In this document: piece by piece, positions 63,077-64,000 of the stretch
Position numbering within the stretch: position 1 is the stretch's first letter
How the letters are laid out: every line of letters starts with the position of its first letter
Translations under genes and position numbers: made by a program
Origin: Patescibacteria group bacterium
GTDB lineage: Bacteria; Patescibacteriota; Patescibacteriia; UBA9570; JAHJKD01
NCBI GenBank assembly: GCA_041660885.1
Contig: JBAZVM010000007.1
Span: 17,896-81,895 of the forward strand
DNA length: 64,000 nt
Direction of reading: 5' to 3'
The notes under the pieces: model-generated
The model's input: only the letters and a program-made list of their open reading frames with translations
Database searches by the model: none
Told to the model about the DNA's origin: nothing

Positions 63077-64000
63077 TTATTTAGGTCTTTTTTTCAGCTC
63101 ACTGGGAACTGGGCTTTTATTTTCTTTATAAAATTCTCCTTCCGGATCGTTTACTTCAAATTTCATTAACTCGTTCATCAATTTCCAGAGGTTATTATCT
63201 TTAATTATTTTTTCTATTTCTTTATGAGTAATACCCAAATATTGTAAATCATGGCACGAACCATCAACATATTCTGCCATGTTATTTTGCCAAACACTCA
63301 ATTTTCTTTGATTATCCGGTAAAAAATACTTGTTTGAACCGCTATTATGCATTTCATGAATATGAAAACGCATTATATCATCCGGTACTTTGAACAATGT
63401 GGTTAAATAATATGAATAATCACGATTTTTTTCCACTTTATTCGAAAAAGCGGCGCTGCTTCTGTCTAAATCTTCAATATTGTCTTCGTGACTACCCCCT
63501 CCTGAATAAGCATGCCCGTATTCATGAAAAAAAGTTCCTTGTTTATAACGCTGACGATCAAAGAATGCTCTATTTATTTTTAAAGTGTCGTCCGTCGGAT
63601 CATCCGGCGTGCCGGCGTTATTCCAACGAGCCACGCTGACGCCATAGCCTAAATCACGCGCTTCTCCGTGATGTTCCGTATATAAACTGATCCTGCCGCT
63701 TCTCATGTGTTCTGATAATCGAGCGAACATGTCCGCCAGCTCATCTATGGCCACTTGCTTTTGTTCGTCGGTTGGATTTTTATAAACCGTGCCGTCTTTA
63801 GTCATTACAAAAGTATCGGAAGCTCTTACTACGTCTTGCGCCACCGGCAAATAATATTGCCCGGCTAAATCCATTAATCCAATTAATTCTTGCCTTTTTT
63901 CTTCGCCTATGGCGTTTTTATCTACACCCGTATCGGTTGTGGGTGTTTCTTCTGCATCATCTCCCCGAGTTTTTGTATATCCGTAATAAAAAGCACCTAA
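63077..64000 (-). CDS. HExxH zinc-metallopeptidase-like protein (5' end probably beyond the window)
   Basis: The track gives 63077..63874. The frame stays open upstream to base 64000 (...GDDAEETPTTDTGVDKNAIGEEKRQELIGLMDLAG). Motif FFHEYGHAY. Confidence 0.55.
   Translation of the reverse strand, partial: LGAFYYGYTKTRGDDAEETPTTDTGVDKNAIGEEKRQELIGLMDLAGQYYLPVAQDVVRASDTFVMTKDGTVYKNPTDEQKQVAIDELADMFARLSEHMRSGRISLYTEHHGEARDLGYGVSVARWNNAGTPDDPTDDTLKINRAFFDRQRYKQGTFFHEYGHAYSGGGSHEDNIEDLDRSSAAFSNKVEKNRDYSYYLTTLFKVPDDIMRFHIHEMHNSGSNKYFLPDNQRKLSVWQNNMAEYVDGSCHDLQYLGITHKEIEKIIKDNNLWKLMNELMKFEVNDPEGEFYKENKSPVPSELKKRPK

Overview
The window looks like a small-genome, AT-rich bacterium, plausibly Patescibacteria/CPR-like. 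That placement is an inference from gene content: short housekeeping proteins, many large secreted BNR or beta-helix proteins, and few Shine-Dalgarno (SD) sites. Most genes are on the minus strand. Recognisable housekeeping blocks are a partial ADP-forming acyl-CoA synthetase, eno-pgk, ssb, the division/wall cluster mraZ-rsmH-ftsL-ftsI-murF, a MacAB-like ABC efflux set, dnaX, corA, cysS, dus, the heat-shock operon hrcA(+CIRCE)-grpE-hsp20-dnaK-[extra ORF]-dnaJ, yhhQ, gap, a D,D-carboxypeptidase, scpB-scpA, ybaK-like and aspS. There are also two sensor histidine kinases, tRNA-Gln(CUG) and two tRNA-Glu(CUC) copies. I saw no rRNA, CRISPR array, integrase or transposase.

The strongest signal is a set of gene-sized GC-rich islands at about 8.56-9.9, 10.16-10.47, 15.18-15.95, 20.86-21.92, 53.99-54.34 and (weaker) 55.24-55.66 kb. 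They encode only lipoproteins or small membrane proteins, plus one membrane-anchored reductase-like enzyme. They carry strong SD sites that the backbone genes lack.

- Two islands (15.0-16.0 kb and 20.7-22.0 kb) share the same cassette layout: a paired 7-4-7 palindrome, a promoter, an ORF with almost only C/G-ending codons, and a near-identical long hairpin.
- These two cassettes bracket a very AT-rich PadR-controlled membrane-protein module.
- One island sits between two tRNA-Glu(CUC) copies that share a perfect 49-nt repeat.

Several small palindromic or MITE-like repeat families are also present. One has an 11-bp target duplication at tRNA-Gln. One is translated in frame inside two genes. 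One brackets an extra ORF inserted between dnaK and dnaJ.

All calls come from reading the sequence and the ORF track. No database search was possible, GC values are hand counts on sample lines, and the family assignments for the accessory proteins are tentative.
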